Assembly (NCBI RefSeq): GCF_009914755.1
Contig: NC_060947.1
Source: the human T2T-CHM13v2.0 reference genome, Homo sapiens
DNA length: 64,000 nucleotides
Direction: 5' to 3' (one strand)
The notes beneath the pieces were generated by a model. That model saw only the letters and a list, made by a program, of their open reading frames with translations, searched no databases and had not been told where the DNA came from. Shown piece by piece: positions 49,710 through 61,932 of this stretch. Numbering within the stretch: position 1 is the first letter of the stretch; each line of letters begins with the position of its first letter. The position numbers and the translations under genes are program-made.

Positions 49710-49845
49710 CAGGTGGGCGTGGCCGGAAGTGGTTCCTCTTGACTTCCACCTAATAAAGGGGTCTGAGCCGGTCGCCTGAGTCTGAAAAGTGCTGTCACGT
49801 CAGCGGAAGGAGGCGTCCCAGATCTTCTCAGCTGTCTTGGTGGGT
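49710..49845 (+). promoter_or_regulatory. Putative MAGEB6 promoter and non-coding exon 1
   Basis: GC box gggcgtgg, ETS CCGGAAGT 49723-49730, CpG cluster, candidate donor TTG|GTGGGT at 49839/49840. Confidence 0.6.
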
Positions 49846-50509
49846 ATCCTGACCTAGAACGGGGGGCATTCCCCGACAACTTCAACCCCCTTCCCCCGAA
49901 GAAAGGCGGCTCCACAGAGCCCTGCCCCAACCTGCCCCGACCTGGTCCCTGAGGAGTCCCCAAACATGGCTGTTAGGCCCAAAGTCCATTCATTTTTTTC
50001 CGTCGTGTTGAAGAACATGAAGGCCTCGGTCCAAGGCTTGTGGACCCAGGTCAGTAGAGGGAGAAATCTCAGGCCCTACATAGTTAAGAGGACCCTCCTT
50101 AGAATTGAGGGAGGGGATTCCATGTCCCGTAACGGGTTGCACCGAACTCTGCCCTTGACGTTAGCCTGGGGGTCCGGGCAGGTCTCTAGAGACTGAGGTG
50201 CATTCTCACTTTGTCCCTGTGAGAGTCAGAGAGGTAGGCCCCTGGTTGTAAGGAGATGGCAGCAGGTCAGTGAGGGTGATTTCCAGGTTGTGGGAAGAGT
50301 CAGGGTGAGGAGTCTAATTACTGTGAGGAGCATTCTCACTATAACTGGAAGAGCACTCAAATGCCTCCGCTGTTGTCAGCCCTAGGTGGTCTGGGTGTCC
50401 CCGGAATGAAGTGTTGGGCAGAAGTGCTTCCTTATTTCCTCCGGGTTAAAATTCCTACTGTCAATTTCAGAGTGGCAGAAGGAAATGGGCCTCTGGGTCT
50501 TGTCAACAA

Positions 50510-50804
50510 TTTTTTTTTATTATACTTTAAGTTTTAGGGTACATGTGCACAATGTGCAGGTTTGTTACATATGTATACATGTGCCATGCTGGTGTGCTGC
50601 ACCCATTAACTCGTCATTTAGCACTAGGTATATCTCCTAATGCTATCCCTCCCCCCTCCCCCCACCCCACAACAGTCCTCGGAGTGTGATGTTCCCCTTC
50701 CTGTGTCCATGTGTTCTCACTGTTAACTTCCCACCTATGAGTGAGAACATGCGGTGTTTGGTTTTTTGTCCTTGCGATAGTTTGCTGAGAATGATGGTTT
50801 CCAG
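50510..50804 (-). mobile_element. 5'-truncated L1PA3/4-like 3' end in the MAGEB6 intron
   Basis: L1 3'UTR sequence. The empty site is visible in the paralog (caacaatttttatgatgatcc, ~17550). Confidence 0.93.
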
Positions 50805-51157
50805 TTTTAATGATGATCCTGAATGTAAACAGAGAGGATCCAACCCCTGAACAGAGGGGCCCCCACTGCCAGCCCCTGCTGTCACCTCAGTAAGCCCCAA
50901 AATGGGCTGTCATGCTATAGTCTAATACTCTAACTTCCTCCTGAGTTTGAAGGAGACAAACTGACCAGGAGAAAAGGAGTCCTGTGGGTTCCTAGAGCAG
51001 CTGTTCTGCGGAAACCTGCAGAAGGGGCCCTAGTTAAAGCCAAGATGGTCGCTCTCTGCTGAAGATATTGACGTGACGTCACTCTCTCCCATCCAGGTGC
51101 CAGCCTTCCTAGTCTTCCTACCCACACTCCTACCTGCTGTCACAGGCCACAGCCATC

Positions 51158-52381
51158 ATGCCTCGGGGTCACAAGAGTAAGCTCCGTACCTGTGAGAAAC
51201 GCCAAGAGACCAATGGTCAGCCACAGGGTCTCACGGGTCCCCAGGCCACTGCAGAGAAGCAGGAAGAGTCCCACTCTTCCTCATCCTCTTCTCGCGCTTG
51301 TCTGGGTGATTGTCGTAGGTCTTCTGATGCCTCCATTCCTCAGGAGTCTCAGGGAGTGTCACCCACTGGGTCTCCTGATGCAGTTGTTTCATATTCAAAA
51401 TCCGATGTGGCTGCCAACGGCCAAGATGAGAAAAGTCCAAGCACCTCCCGTGATGCCTCCGTTCCTCAGGAGTCTCAGGGAGCTTCACCCACTGGCTCTC
51501 CTGATGCAGGTGTTTCAGGCTCAAAATATGATGTGGCTGCCAACGGCCAAGATGAGAAAAGTCCAAGCACTTCCCATGATGTCTCCGTTCCTCAGGAGTC
51601 TCAGGGAGCTTCACCCACTGGCTCGCCTGATGCAGGTGTTTCAGGCTCAAAATATGATGTGGCTGCCGAGGGTGAAGATGAGGAAAGTGTAAGCGCCTCA
51701 CAGAAAGCCATCATTTTTAAGCGCTTAAGCAAAGATGCTGTAAAGAAGAAGGCGTGCACGTTGGCGCAATTCCTGCAGAAGAAGTTTGAGAAGAAAGAGT
51801 CCATTTTGAAGGCAGACATGCTGAAGTGTGTCCGCAGAGAGTACAAGCCCTACTTCCCTCAGATCCTCAACAGAACCTCCCAACATTTGGTGGTGGCCTT
51901 TGGCGTTGAATTGAAAGAAATGGATTCCAGCGGCGAGTCCTACACCCTTGTCAGCAAGCTAGGCCTCCCCAGTGAAGGAATTCTGAGTGGTGATAATGCG
52001 CTGCCGAAGTCGGGTCTCCTGATGTCGCTCCTGGTTGTGATCTTCATGAACGGCAACTGTGCCACTGAAGAGGAGGTCTGGGAGTTCCTGGGTCTGTTGG
52101 GGATATATGATGGGATCCTGCATTCAATCTATGGGGATGCTCGGAAGATCATTACTGAAGATTTGGTGCAAGATAAGTACGTGGTTTACCGGCAGGTGTG
52201 CAACAGTGATCCTCCATGCTATGAGTTCCTGTGGGGTCCACGAGCCTATGCTGAAACCACCAAGATGAGAGTCCTGCGTGTTTTGGCCGACAGCAGTAAC
52301 ACCAGTCCCGGTTTATACCCACATCTGTATGAAGACGCTTTGATAGATGAGGTAGAGAGAGCATTGAGACTGAGAGCTTAA
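51158..52381 (+). CDS. MAGEB6: Melanoma-associated antigen B6, 407 aa
   Basis: Recognised protein MPRGHKSKLRTCEKRQETNGQPQG...EVERALRLRA with complete MAGE domain. Acceptor ccag| at 51096. Confidence 0.95.
   Translation: MPRGHKSKLRTCEKRQETNGQPQGLTGPQATAEKQEESHSSSSSSRACLGDCRRSSDASIPQESQGVSPTGSPDAVVSYSKSDVAANGQDEKSPSTSRDASVPQESQGASPTGSPDAGVSGSKYDVAANGQDEKSPSTSHDVSVPQESQGASPTGSPDAGVSGSKYDVAAEGEDEESVSASQKAIIFKRLSKDAVKKKACTLAQFLQKKFEKKESILKADMLKCVRREYKPYFPQILNRTSQHLVVAFGVELKEMDSSGESYTLVSKLGLPSEGILSGDNALPKSGLLMSLLVVIFMNGNCATEEEVWEFLGLLGIYDGILHSIYGDARKIITEDLVQDKYVVYRQVCNSDPPCYEFLWGPRAYAETTKMRVLRVLADSSNTSPGLYPHLYEDALIDEVERALRLRA
51332..51690 (+). repeat. Coding tandem repeat, ~3 x 126 bp (42 aa)
   Basis: Units at 51332, 51458 and 51584. 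Confidence 0.93.
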
Positions 52382-52932
52382 GGCAGGGCTGGCACTATTT
52401 CCTTGGCCAGGGCACCTTATGGGGCCATATCCTACAGATCCTCCCATTTCTAGGGAGGTCTGAAGTAGAATTTTCACTTTATGTTAGAAGAGAGTAGTGA
52501 GCTTTCTAAGTAGTGCAGTATAGTAGAGGCTGGAGGGAACAAGATATGTATCTTTCTTTTGTCTTGTTACACATGAGTAACTTGCAGATTTATGTTTTAT
52601 CTCTGTCAGTTATCAACATTGTTCCTGTTAAGTGAAGGTTTATTTTGCTTCAGATTATACAATTATCAATAACATAGCTCTCACATTCATGGCTGTTTAA
52701 CCAATCTGAAAGTTACGGTTTGGGAATTAATAAAACAAAGTCATACAACACATTTTCTTTGTAATTGAGAACTAGATAACATGGTAACAGAGAATTGATT
52801 TTCATATGAATCTTAACTCCACAGTAAAATAGTTGACATCATAATATGAAGAGAAAGAAAAGGAAAAACAGAAATGTAAAAGTTGTTTAATTCTTGGTTT
52901 GCCTAATTCGTTTTCCTATTTCTTTTCATACA

Positions 52933-52938
52933 AATAAA
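52933..52938 (+). terminator. Polyadenylation signal AATAAA (MAGEB6)
   Basis: Followed by GT/T-rich downstream sequence. Confidence 0.7.
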
Positions 52939-53989
52939 GGATACCTGGATTTATTTAGGTTATTAAGACTGCCGTTAGTTTGTTTTGTTCTAGTGCACTT
53001 CATATTCCATGTTATCTACTGCATCAAAAAACCCCTCTGATTGGAGGGTGGTATTTTCTGGGTTTAAAATAATCACATGAAATGCAGTGATCAATATAAG
53101 CCAGAATGAGTTCACTAAAAACCTTTTTGAAACAAGGCTGCTAAATTCAAAGAACTTCCATAGGCTTAAACTGTCTCAAATATTTTCAAGATGTGGTAAT
53201 TTTGTTTCTTAATATATAGTTAGGAAAATTAAAAATAATTTGTGTAAAAACACATATTATGATATCTGTCATTTATGAAAGACTCAGTATTTCCTACTTA
53301 GTATGCCATATGTTTTATGGACAGTACTTATACCCCAAAATTCCTACAAGATAGGATTTAGCAGACTCACTTCAAAATGAAGAAATTGCAAATTTCTAAA
53401 AGCTCACAAGCTTGTAATTGACAGAGCTGGGATTAGATCTCTGGTCTGGATTCATCCAGAGCCCACATTTTTCCAATCCTCTCAGCCTGAGCCAGACTTT
53501 GTGTCTTTTAATCCATTTTTCCTCTCACTGCCCAAAATGCTTACCAGAGCATTAAAAGGACACTGTACCCAAAGCACTTCTTTGGATTCTACAACTAGAG
53601 TAATCATAATGCTGAAAAAATGAGTAGTATGAATTACGAAAAGAAAAAAATAATACACAGTGACAATATGATCATCTACATATGCAACATTAGATAACCC
53701 AATAAGATCAGGAGCTCCCAAAATCATCCTGCTCTGCCCTTTCCCCATAGAAATTAAATCTCCTCAAAGCAAAGTACATAATAGGCTAAGTCTGGCTGGT
53801 GAAGCAAAGGAATAGATCAGGGTGCTTTTTTCACTGACAGCCCACCACCTGTCCTGGGCCTCCTGCCTTGTGGTACAGCTTCCCTATCTCATACAGAACC
53901 TGGGACAGTGAGCCATTGTCTGCAAGGTTTGCAGTAGGGAATCTGCTCAATTGTTTGCAGGTGTGTGACATTTCCCAGCAGTCTTAAAG

Positions 53990-56880
53990 AGAAAGGAGGC
54001 ATGATGAGAACCCCCATAAATGAGGATTCTGGAGATCACTGCCTCAGAATATCGGGGTCACAGAAAGACCAGGCCCTGCCTACTCTCAGATCTAGAAGGC
54101 CCAAGCTATAGCAGTAAGCTAAAATTTCTCTATTTACTCAAAGTTCTCAGGTACATAAGAGTCCCGGTCTAAGGGTAATATGCTCTGGTTACTGGGAGGA
54201 GGATCTCAGCCTCTGAAAATGATCAAGATGAGGACTCTGAATGAGAAATGAGGAATTATCCACCCAGAACAGTAGGGGCTCTTAAAGTTATATCTTGCTT
54301 TCTGCCTTGGGTGGCCATAGGCAGGGCTATCTGGTTGAGGTTCCCCCTCATTAAGGCTTCTACTGGTGCCCCAGGGAGATAAAGCTTTGATCTCATGGCA
54401 GTAGCTCCAATTCTGCCCACGAAGGAGGTCCTCTCAAGCCTGGATTGGATTTAAGGTGAGGACACTGGGGTAGCCAAGGAGAAGCACCCTGACTTCCCCC
54501 TCTGGTTTCTCAGTAAAGGAAAAGCTTTGGCTTCAGGCTGGCAGACTCAGATTAGCAGAGGAAGGAGTTCCACATCCCCAAATCAATGTTAGAAACCTGA
54601 GTGAGAACTGAGGGAGCCACTGACTCCAAAACAGTGGAATCTTGTAGGATTCTGACCCTGCTATTATTCTTCAGAGGATCCTCAATAACTGTGGCCAGAT
54701 GTGCCTGTTCCTAACTTCCAACTGGGAGATTCCAGGAAGATATGGCCTTGGTCTGAGGAGTGAGGCCTTGAGTCAGTGGAGGGTAGAGTTTCAGATTTCG
54801 TTAGGTAGGAGTCAAGGTAAAGATGCTGAGGAAGGATAGAGGAGACCACTCACCACAGAACAGTGGGAATGCACAGTGTCCTGACCCTAATGTCAGCCCT
54901 AGGAGGCCCAGGGCAGAACTCTCAGGCTGAAGTGCCCCCTCAGTTCCTCTGGGAGTGGTCTCAAGGAAGTGAGAGTCTTAGTCTAATGGGAGCAACCCTA
55001 GTCAGCAGAGGATGTTTAATAGGAGTCACACTGCTGACCCTAAACAGGGATGACGGTACTCCTCCCAGAACAGGTGGAGCCACACAAAGCCCTGCCATTG
55101 ATGTCTCTCCCTGGCAAACCCGGGAATTCTGAGATGATGAGTCCCACTCATTTCCTTTCAAGGCATCTCAAGGAGGTAAGGCATCTGGTCTAAGGGGCCA
55201 GCCTCAGGTTACCACAGGGATAAATTCCAGGTCATGCAAACAGTCAAGCTGAGGACCGTGAGGATGGAAGGAACCACCCAAATCATAACAGTACAGACAA
55301 CGCAGTATCCCTCAGGTACTGTCAGCTGTAGGTGACCATAAGGCTTTCATGCTCAGATAAGGAAACTCTTACATCCTTCTTGGTAGTCAAGGAAACTCGT
55401 ATTTCCTTCTTGGTAGTCATAGGGAATTAAAGGCTGTACATAAGCAGACAGGCCTCTAGGTCTTAGGAATGTTCATTGTGAGGACCCTGAGCAAGGACTG
55501 AGGGGAGCAACCAACCTAGAAGAGACAGGAACCCACATAGTCCTGCCCCTTTCAGCCCTGGAAATCCCCAGGCACGAATAACCCGAGTATGTCAGCCACT
55601 CATTCCTCTCCCTGGAGGACTCATGTCACTGGAGGGAGGAGTCAGAGATCCTGGCTGAGTGAGAACTCAAGGAGTCACAAACCCTTGAACAGTGGAGTCC
55701 CACAGAGTCTTTCTCCTGCTATTAGTTCTCAGAATCCCCTAATAGCTCCAGCAAGATCACTTTGACTTCCACGTCTGGGGACTCCAGGTGGTGAGGAACT
55801 TGGTCTGAGGCTGGCCATCTCATCATAGAGAACATTACCAGGTCGAGCCAGGAGTCAGGGCGAGGACCATGAGGAAGGAGCAGAACATGAAACCTCCTAT
55901 AACAATGGAGGCAGCACATAATATCTCCCCTACTGTTAGTCCTGGCAGATTCAGGGATAAATGTCAGGCAGAGCAGAGGCACCCCTCAATTCCCCCTCAG
56001 GGTGACAGAGAAATGAGGGCCTTATTCTGAGGGGGATGGTATCAGGCCACGAAAGGGAGAAATTGTGGGCACTGTCACGAGTCAAAATGAAGAATCTGAG
56101 CGAGGACTGGTGAGGCCAACCCTCATGAGGCCCAAAAGCGCCTGCCACAGCTTTCTGCCTGGGGAGACTCCAGGCAGGTATGGCCAAATAAGGCTGCCCT
56201 CCCTTCCCTCTACTAGGTCTCAGAGAGTTCTGGGCCTTGCTATGAGGAGATGCCTTCAAGTCAAAGAACAGAGGAGCTGCAAGTCCTTCTAGGAGTCAAA
56301 TTGAGGACCCTTGGTGAAGACTAAGATGATCATACTCCTTCCCCCAGTAGAAGGGGCAACATAATGTCCAACCCCCACCCTGGCTTTCAGCATTTGAAAA
56401 CCCATAGCAGGACTGTCAGGGAGAGGCTTCGCCCATGTTTTATACTGGGTCTAAGGGAGGTGAGCTACTTAGTAAGAAAGTGAAGCCACGATAGAACAGA
56501 AGAGGGGGTCCCAAGCCCTACACAGAGCCAATATGAGAACTCTGAATAAGGACTGAGGGTCCAGTGATCCCAAGACAGAAAGGATCCCCCAAGGTTGTCA
56601 CCCCTGACAAGGGTGGTAGGCTGAGCCACTGTCTCACTTTTTGTGGGTTCCAGGGGGCTTCAAAGTGTCAACTTCAGAGCAGAACAGGAAAGAGGTACCA
56701 GGCTCTGTCAACAGTTAGCATAATGATCTGAAATATCATCTGAGTGTTCTCCCCAACCCCAGAACACAGGGATCTCCACAGTTAATCTCTGCTGTCACTC
56801 CAGTAGGCCCCAAGCTGGGTTGCAAGCTGCAGCCTAAGACTCACTCTAAGTTGCTTTACCAGGTTCTCAGGGGACAGACT
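53990..56880 (+). repeat. Degenerate array of MAGE 5'-region units upstream of the 57-kb pseudogene
   Basis: Same motifs as 20750-23345, running into the penultimate-exon/acceptor region (~56860-57020), which resembles 50940-51100. Confidence 0.6.
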
Positions 56881-57072
56881 CACTGGGAGAACAATTGCCC
56901 AATAGGTTCCTAGAGCAGTGATTTCACAGAAACCTGCATTGGCAGCCTTGGTTAAAGCCAAGGTGGTCTCTCCCTGCTGACGGTGCTCACAGCATTTCAT
57001 TCTCCTTCCACCAAGTGACCATGTCACCTGCGACCCTATTCACGCTTCTGTCTGCTGTCTCTGCCCACAGTC

Positions 57073-58065
57073 ATGCCTTGGGGTCAGAAGAGGAAGTTCC
57101 ACACTCATGAGAAATGCCACTAGGGTGCTCACATCACTGCAGGAGAGGAAGAGTCCCTCTCCTCCTTTTCTCCTGTTTTGGAGAGTGCTCTTCAGAGCTC
57201 TCTTGCTACTGACATTCCCCAGGAGTCTCAGAGAGCCCCCTTCATCATCACTTATTCTGTAGATGTTTCATGCACAAGATCTGATGAACATGCCAAGAAC
57301 CAAAATGAGGAAAAGCCAAGAACCTCTCCAGCAAGAGCCACCACTGGAGCTCACACAGAGACCTTCTATTCAGGAAGGGAAGTTTGGTAATACAATTTCT
57401 GCTGGAGAAGTGTAAAATTAAAGATCCCATGACAAAAGCAGCATTGCTGAACGTTATTAACAAAAAGTGCAAGGACCATTTCCCTGAGATCCTCAGGAGA
57501 ATCTCTGAGTGCATGGAGCTGGTCTTTGGCCTTGAATTGAAGAAGTTGACCCCAGCAGTCATGTCAATGCTCTTTTCAGTGAACTGGATGACCCCAGCAA
57601 CAGGAGTCTGAGTGGTGATAAAGCATTGCCTAAAAGTGGTATCTTGATGATGCTCCTGGGTATAAGCTTCATGAAAGGTAACTGCACTGCAGAAGAGGAG
57701 ATCCGAACATTTCTGAGTAAGATTTGGATCTACACTGGGAGAGTGATTTCATATATGAAGAGTCCAGAAAAAAGTTTGGTACAGGAAAGTAGCTAGAGTA
57801 CCAGCAGGTGTCCAACAGAGATCCTCTACACCATGAATTCCTGTGGAATCCAAGAGTCCATGCTGAAATCAGCAAGATGAAAAACTGGTGACTTTTGGTC
57901 AAAGTCAATGATACCATCCCAAGGTGTCTTCCTATCCCTTTATACAAGGCACTGAGACATGAGGAAGAGAGAGCCTGAGGTATAGCTGCAGCCAGGACTG
58001 AGGCTAATCCCATGGCCAGTGCACATTCTGGGGCTACAAACAGCAGTTTCTCCCATGTCAAGTGA
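57073..58065 (+). pseudogene. Full-length disabled MAGE-B pseudogene
   Basis: agtcATG-PWGQKRKFHTHEKCH then stop; IPQESQRAP; IQFLLEKCKIKDPMTKAALL; HFPEILRRISECMELVFGLELK; [14 protein letters not shown]. Multiple frameshifts. Confidence 0.9.
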
Positions 58066-58217
58066 AGGTTGAGGGAGATTCTTTACCCTTTTGAAAAATA
58101 ATGCAGTTAATGTTCAACTTAGTAGAGGACCTAAGCAGGACTAGAAGAAATATAGTTTATATCTTCTTCGTGTTTCTGTTCTATGTGAATAACTTGATTT
58201 TTTTTTTTTGGTTTTCA

Positions 58218-60687
58218 AATATTGTTTTATTTATTTTTTTCCTTCCAACTTTTATTTTAGGTTCAGGGGGTGCATGTCCAGAATTTTTACATGGGTAAAC
58301 TGCAACTTGCTGGGGTTTGGTATACAAATTATTTCATCACCCAAGTAGTAAGTATCGTACCCAACAGGTAGTTTTTGATCCTCACCCTAGTCCCACCTTC
58401 CACCCTCAAGTAGAATCTAGTGTTTATTTTTCCATTCGTTATGTCTGTGTATACTCAATATTTAGCTTCCACATGTGAGTGAGAACGTGTGGTATGTAGT
58501 TTCCTGTTCCTGTGTTAATTTGCTTAGGATAATGGCCTTCAGCTGCATCCCTGTTGCTGCAAAAGGCATGCTTTTGTTCTTTTTTATGGCTGTGTAGTAT
58601 TCTGTGATGTATATGTGCCATATTTTTTTTTTATCCCACTCACTGTTGATGGGCATCTAGGTGAATTTGTCTTGGCTATTGTGAATAGTGCTGTGATGAA
58701 CATATGTGTGCATGTCTCTTTATGGTAGAAAGTTTTATATTTCTTTGTGTGTATACCCAGTAATGGGATTGCTGGATGAAATGGTAAATTCTGTCTTAAG
58801 TTCTTTGAGAAACGTCCATACTCCTCTTCACAGTGGCTGAACTAATTTACATGCCCACTACCAGTGTATAAGTGTTGCCTTTTCACCACAACCTCACCAA
58901 CATTTATTTTTTTCACTTTCAAATCATAGTCATTCTAAATGGCATCAGATGGTATCTCATTGTGGTCATGATAACATTTCTCGAATGATTGGTGATGTTG
59001 AACATACACAAATCAATAAATGTGATTCATCATATAACCAGAAGTAAAAGCAAAAACTACATGATCATTTTAATAGATACAGAAAAAGATGTTGATAATA
59101 TTCCACATCCCTTCATGTTAAAAGCTCTCATCAGACTAGGCATTAAAGGAAGATACCTCAAAATAATAAGAGCCATCTATGACAAACCCACAGTCAACAT
59201 CATACTGAATGGGCAAAAGCTAAAAGCATTCCCTCGAGAACTGGAACAAGACAAGGATGCCCACTCTCGCCAGTCCTATTCAATATTGTTCTGGAAGTCC
59301 TAGCCAGAGCAATCAGGAAAAAAGAAAGAAAGAAAAAGGCAACCAAATAGGAAGAGAGGAAGTCAAACTATCACTCTTTGCAGATGACATGATACTATAC
59401 CTAGAAAAACCCATAGTCTCTTCCAAAGGCTCTTACATCAGATAAACAACTTTAGTCAAGTTTAGGATACAAAGTTAATGTAGAAAAATCAGTAGCATTT
59501 CTATATATCAATAATGTCCAAGCTGAGGTCAAATCAAAAATGCAATCCCATTCACATAGCCACAAAAAGAATAAAACACCTAGCTATACATCTAGCCAGG
59601 GAGGGGAATGATCACTGCAATGAGAATTATAAAACACTGCTCAAAGAAATCAGAGACAACACAAACAAATGGAAAAACATTCCATATTCATAGACAGGAG
59701 GAATTAATATTGTTAAGATGGCCATACTGCCCAAACCAATTCACCAATTCAATGATATACCAACAACGGTTTTCACAGAAGTAGAAAAAACTATCCAACA
59801 TTCATATGAAACCAGAAAAGGGCCCGAATAGCCAAAGCAATTCTAAGCAAAAGGAGCAAAGCCAGAGCTCTCCCACTACATGACGTCAAATTATACTACA
59901 AGTCTACAGTAACTAAAACAGCAAGTTGCTGGCAGCAAAATAGACACATAGACCAATGGAACAGGTTAAGGAGCCCAGAAATCAAGTCGCACACCTACAA
60001 CCATCTGATCTTCTGCAAATTCTACAATAACAAGCAATGGGGAAAGGACTCTTTATTCAATAAATGGTACTGGGATTACTGGCTGGCCACATGCAGAAGA
60101 GTGAAACTGAACTCCTTCCTTACACCATATACAAAACTCAATTCAAGATGGATTAAAGGCTTAAATGTAAAACCTAAAACTATAAAACCCTTGAAGAAAA
60201 TCTAGGAAATACCATTCTGGACAGAGTTCCCGGCAAACATTTCATGATGAAGACACCGTAAGCAATTGTAACAAAAATAACAACAACAAAAAATAGACCA
60301 AAAAAAAAAACAAAAACAGAAAAATAGACAAAAACAAAAAATAGGCAAAAATTAGGCAAAAATAAATAAAAAATAGACAAAATACCAAAAATAGACCAAA
60401 AAAAAAAAACAAAAACAAAAATAAACAAGTGGGGCCTAATTAAACTAAAGACCTTCTGCACAGCCAAGGAAGCTATCAACAGAACAAACACACAACCTAA
60501 AGAATGAGGGAAAATGTTTTCAAACTATGCATCTGACAAATGTCTAATATCCAGAATCTAAAAGGAATGTAAAGAAATCAATAAGCACAAAACAAACAAC
60601 CCTAATAAAAAATGGGTGAAGGACCTAAACAGACACTTCTTAAAAGAAGACATACAAGTGGCCAATAAATATATGGGAAAAATGCTC
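58218..60687 (-). mobile_element. L1PA15/L1PB-like element with 5' inversion (3' part on - strand 58218-59005, ORF2 part on + strand 59000-60687)
   Basis: The + segment ends aaaaatgctc, where the reverse complement of the - segment starts (atgttcaacatcac). Confidence 0.85.
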
Positions 60688-61157
60688 TTTTATGCATGTA
60701 TTTATCAGTTAAAAAAATTTTTTAACTTATATCAAAGCTTTATTTGCTATTTTCACAGTCTGCATGCAGTATCCTTGTACATGCAAAAGTCATCTTGTTT
60801 TATTGCAGTTAACTTGATTTCCAATTGCTCTTTTGATTTTCCAACTGTGCGTTTTAACTCTTTACAGTTACAAATTATAAAAAACACTTATACACATACA
60901 ATAATGTGTGGGTCCATAAAGCCTCATTTTTTAAACATTAAAAATATAGGTTTTTGTAGATGAGTGGGACTGGATAAAGTGCCTCTTGCTTATTCTCAAA
61001 ACTCCTAGAGCTTGTGAATACACAAGGCAATTTCCAGAACACCAGCAGGCAGGAAGCTTAAATTTCCTACACACAGAAATTCAGTTCCTTTTCTATCATG
61101 ACTCAAACAGGAAGCTCAGGAAGGAATTCACAAGAAAGGTTAGAAAAATGTATACTC

Positions 61158-61274
61158 TGTGTGTGTGTGTATACATAAATATTATATATATTACACATAT
61201 ATATAAAATTTCTACTCCCCTCACCCCATCTTACAAAGCATTTTGAAGATCATAATAATCTGGGAAGTGCATGC

Positions 61275-61309
<35 letters not shown>

Positions 61310-61473
61310 CACACATAAATATTATATATATATATAAAATATCACCATGCCTTGATAAATTTTAAAAATATTTACATATATATTATATATATATATTATA
61401 CATATATATTTCCACTCCCCTCACCCCATCTTACAAAGCATTTTGAAGATCATAATAAACTGGGAAGTGCATG
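61158..61473 (+). repeat. TG/TA microsatellites with a duplicated ~66-bp unique block (61208-61273 and 61408-61473)
   Basis: Directly read; 2 mismatches. Confidence 0.9.
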
Positions 61474-61932
61474 ACTTCTAAGATACTAGTATGATTTAGG
61501 AAACAACACTGTATGAAATATCTGCCATGACACAATATATTATCTTCGTGATCCCCCTATTTACAGGATCTATAAGGTTATGTAGAATGAGATAATTTAA
61601 AAGCTCAAATTCCTTCGAAACCAGCATAACTTTTAGTAGGCGGGATGCCACCAGGGTTGTCCAGAAAGTGCCAGTAGGAGTCATGGAAGATGTTACAGCA
61701 TCAAGTGCAACAGTAATTGCGTAAGGAGACTCTGGAAGGGCAAAGGGGAGAGACTGAGAAGTGTTAATTTTAAGGATTATCTTGCCAGAAATCTCTGGCT
61801 GACTTCCCAGAGCAAAGAGACTGATTTTCTGTCCTCCTCCCTGCAGGAACTCACCTAGACAAAAGAGAAAATTCTAAAGACTGGTGGGGACAATAGGAAA
61901 CATAGACTGGCTAAGACCCAGAACAAGCATAC

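Larger units (their letters stand above)
48348..56606 (+). repeat. Segmental duplication, copy 2 (paralogous to ~15416-23345)
   Basis: Colinear with copy 1; duplicated ORF-track entries (20250/53482, 21638/54863, 22691/55951). Confidence 0.92.
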
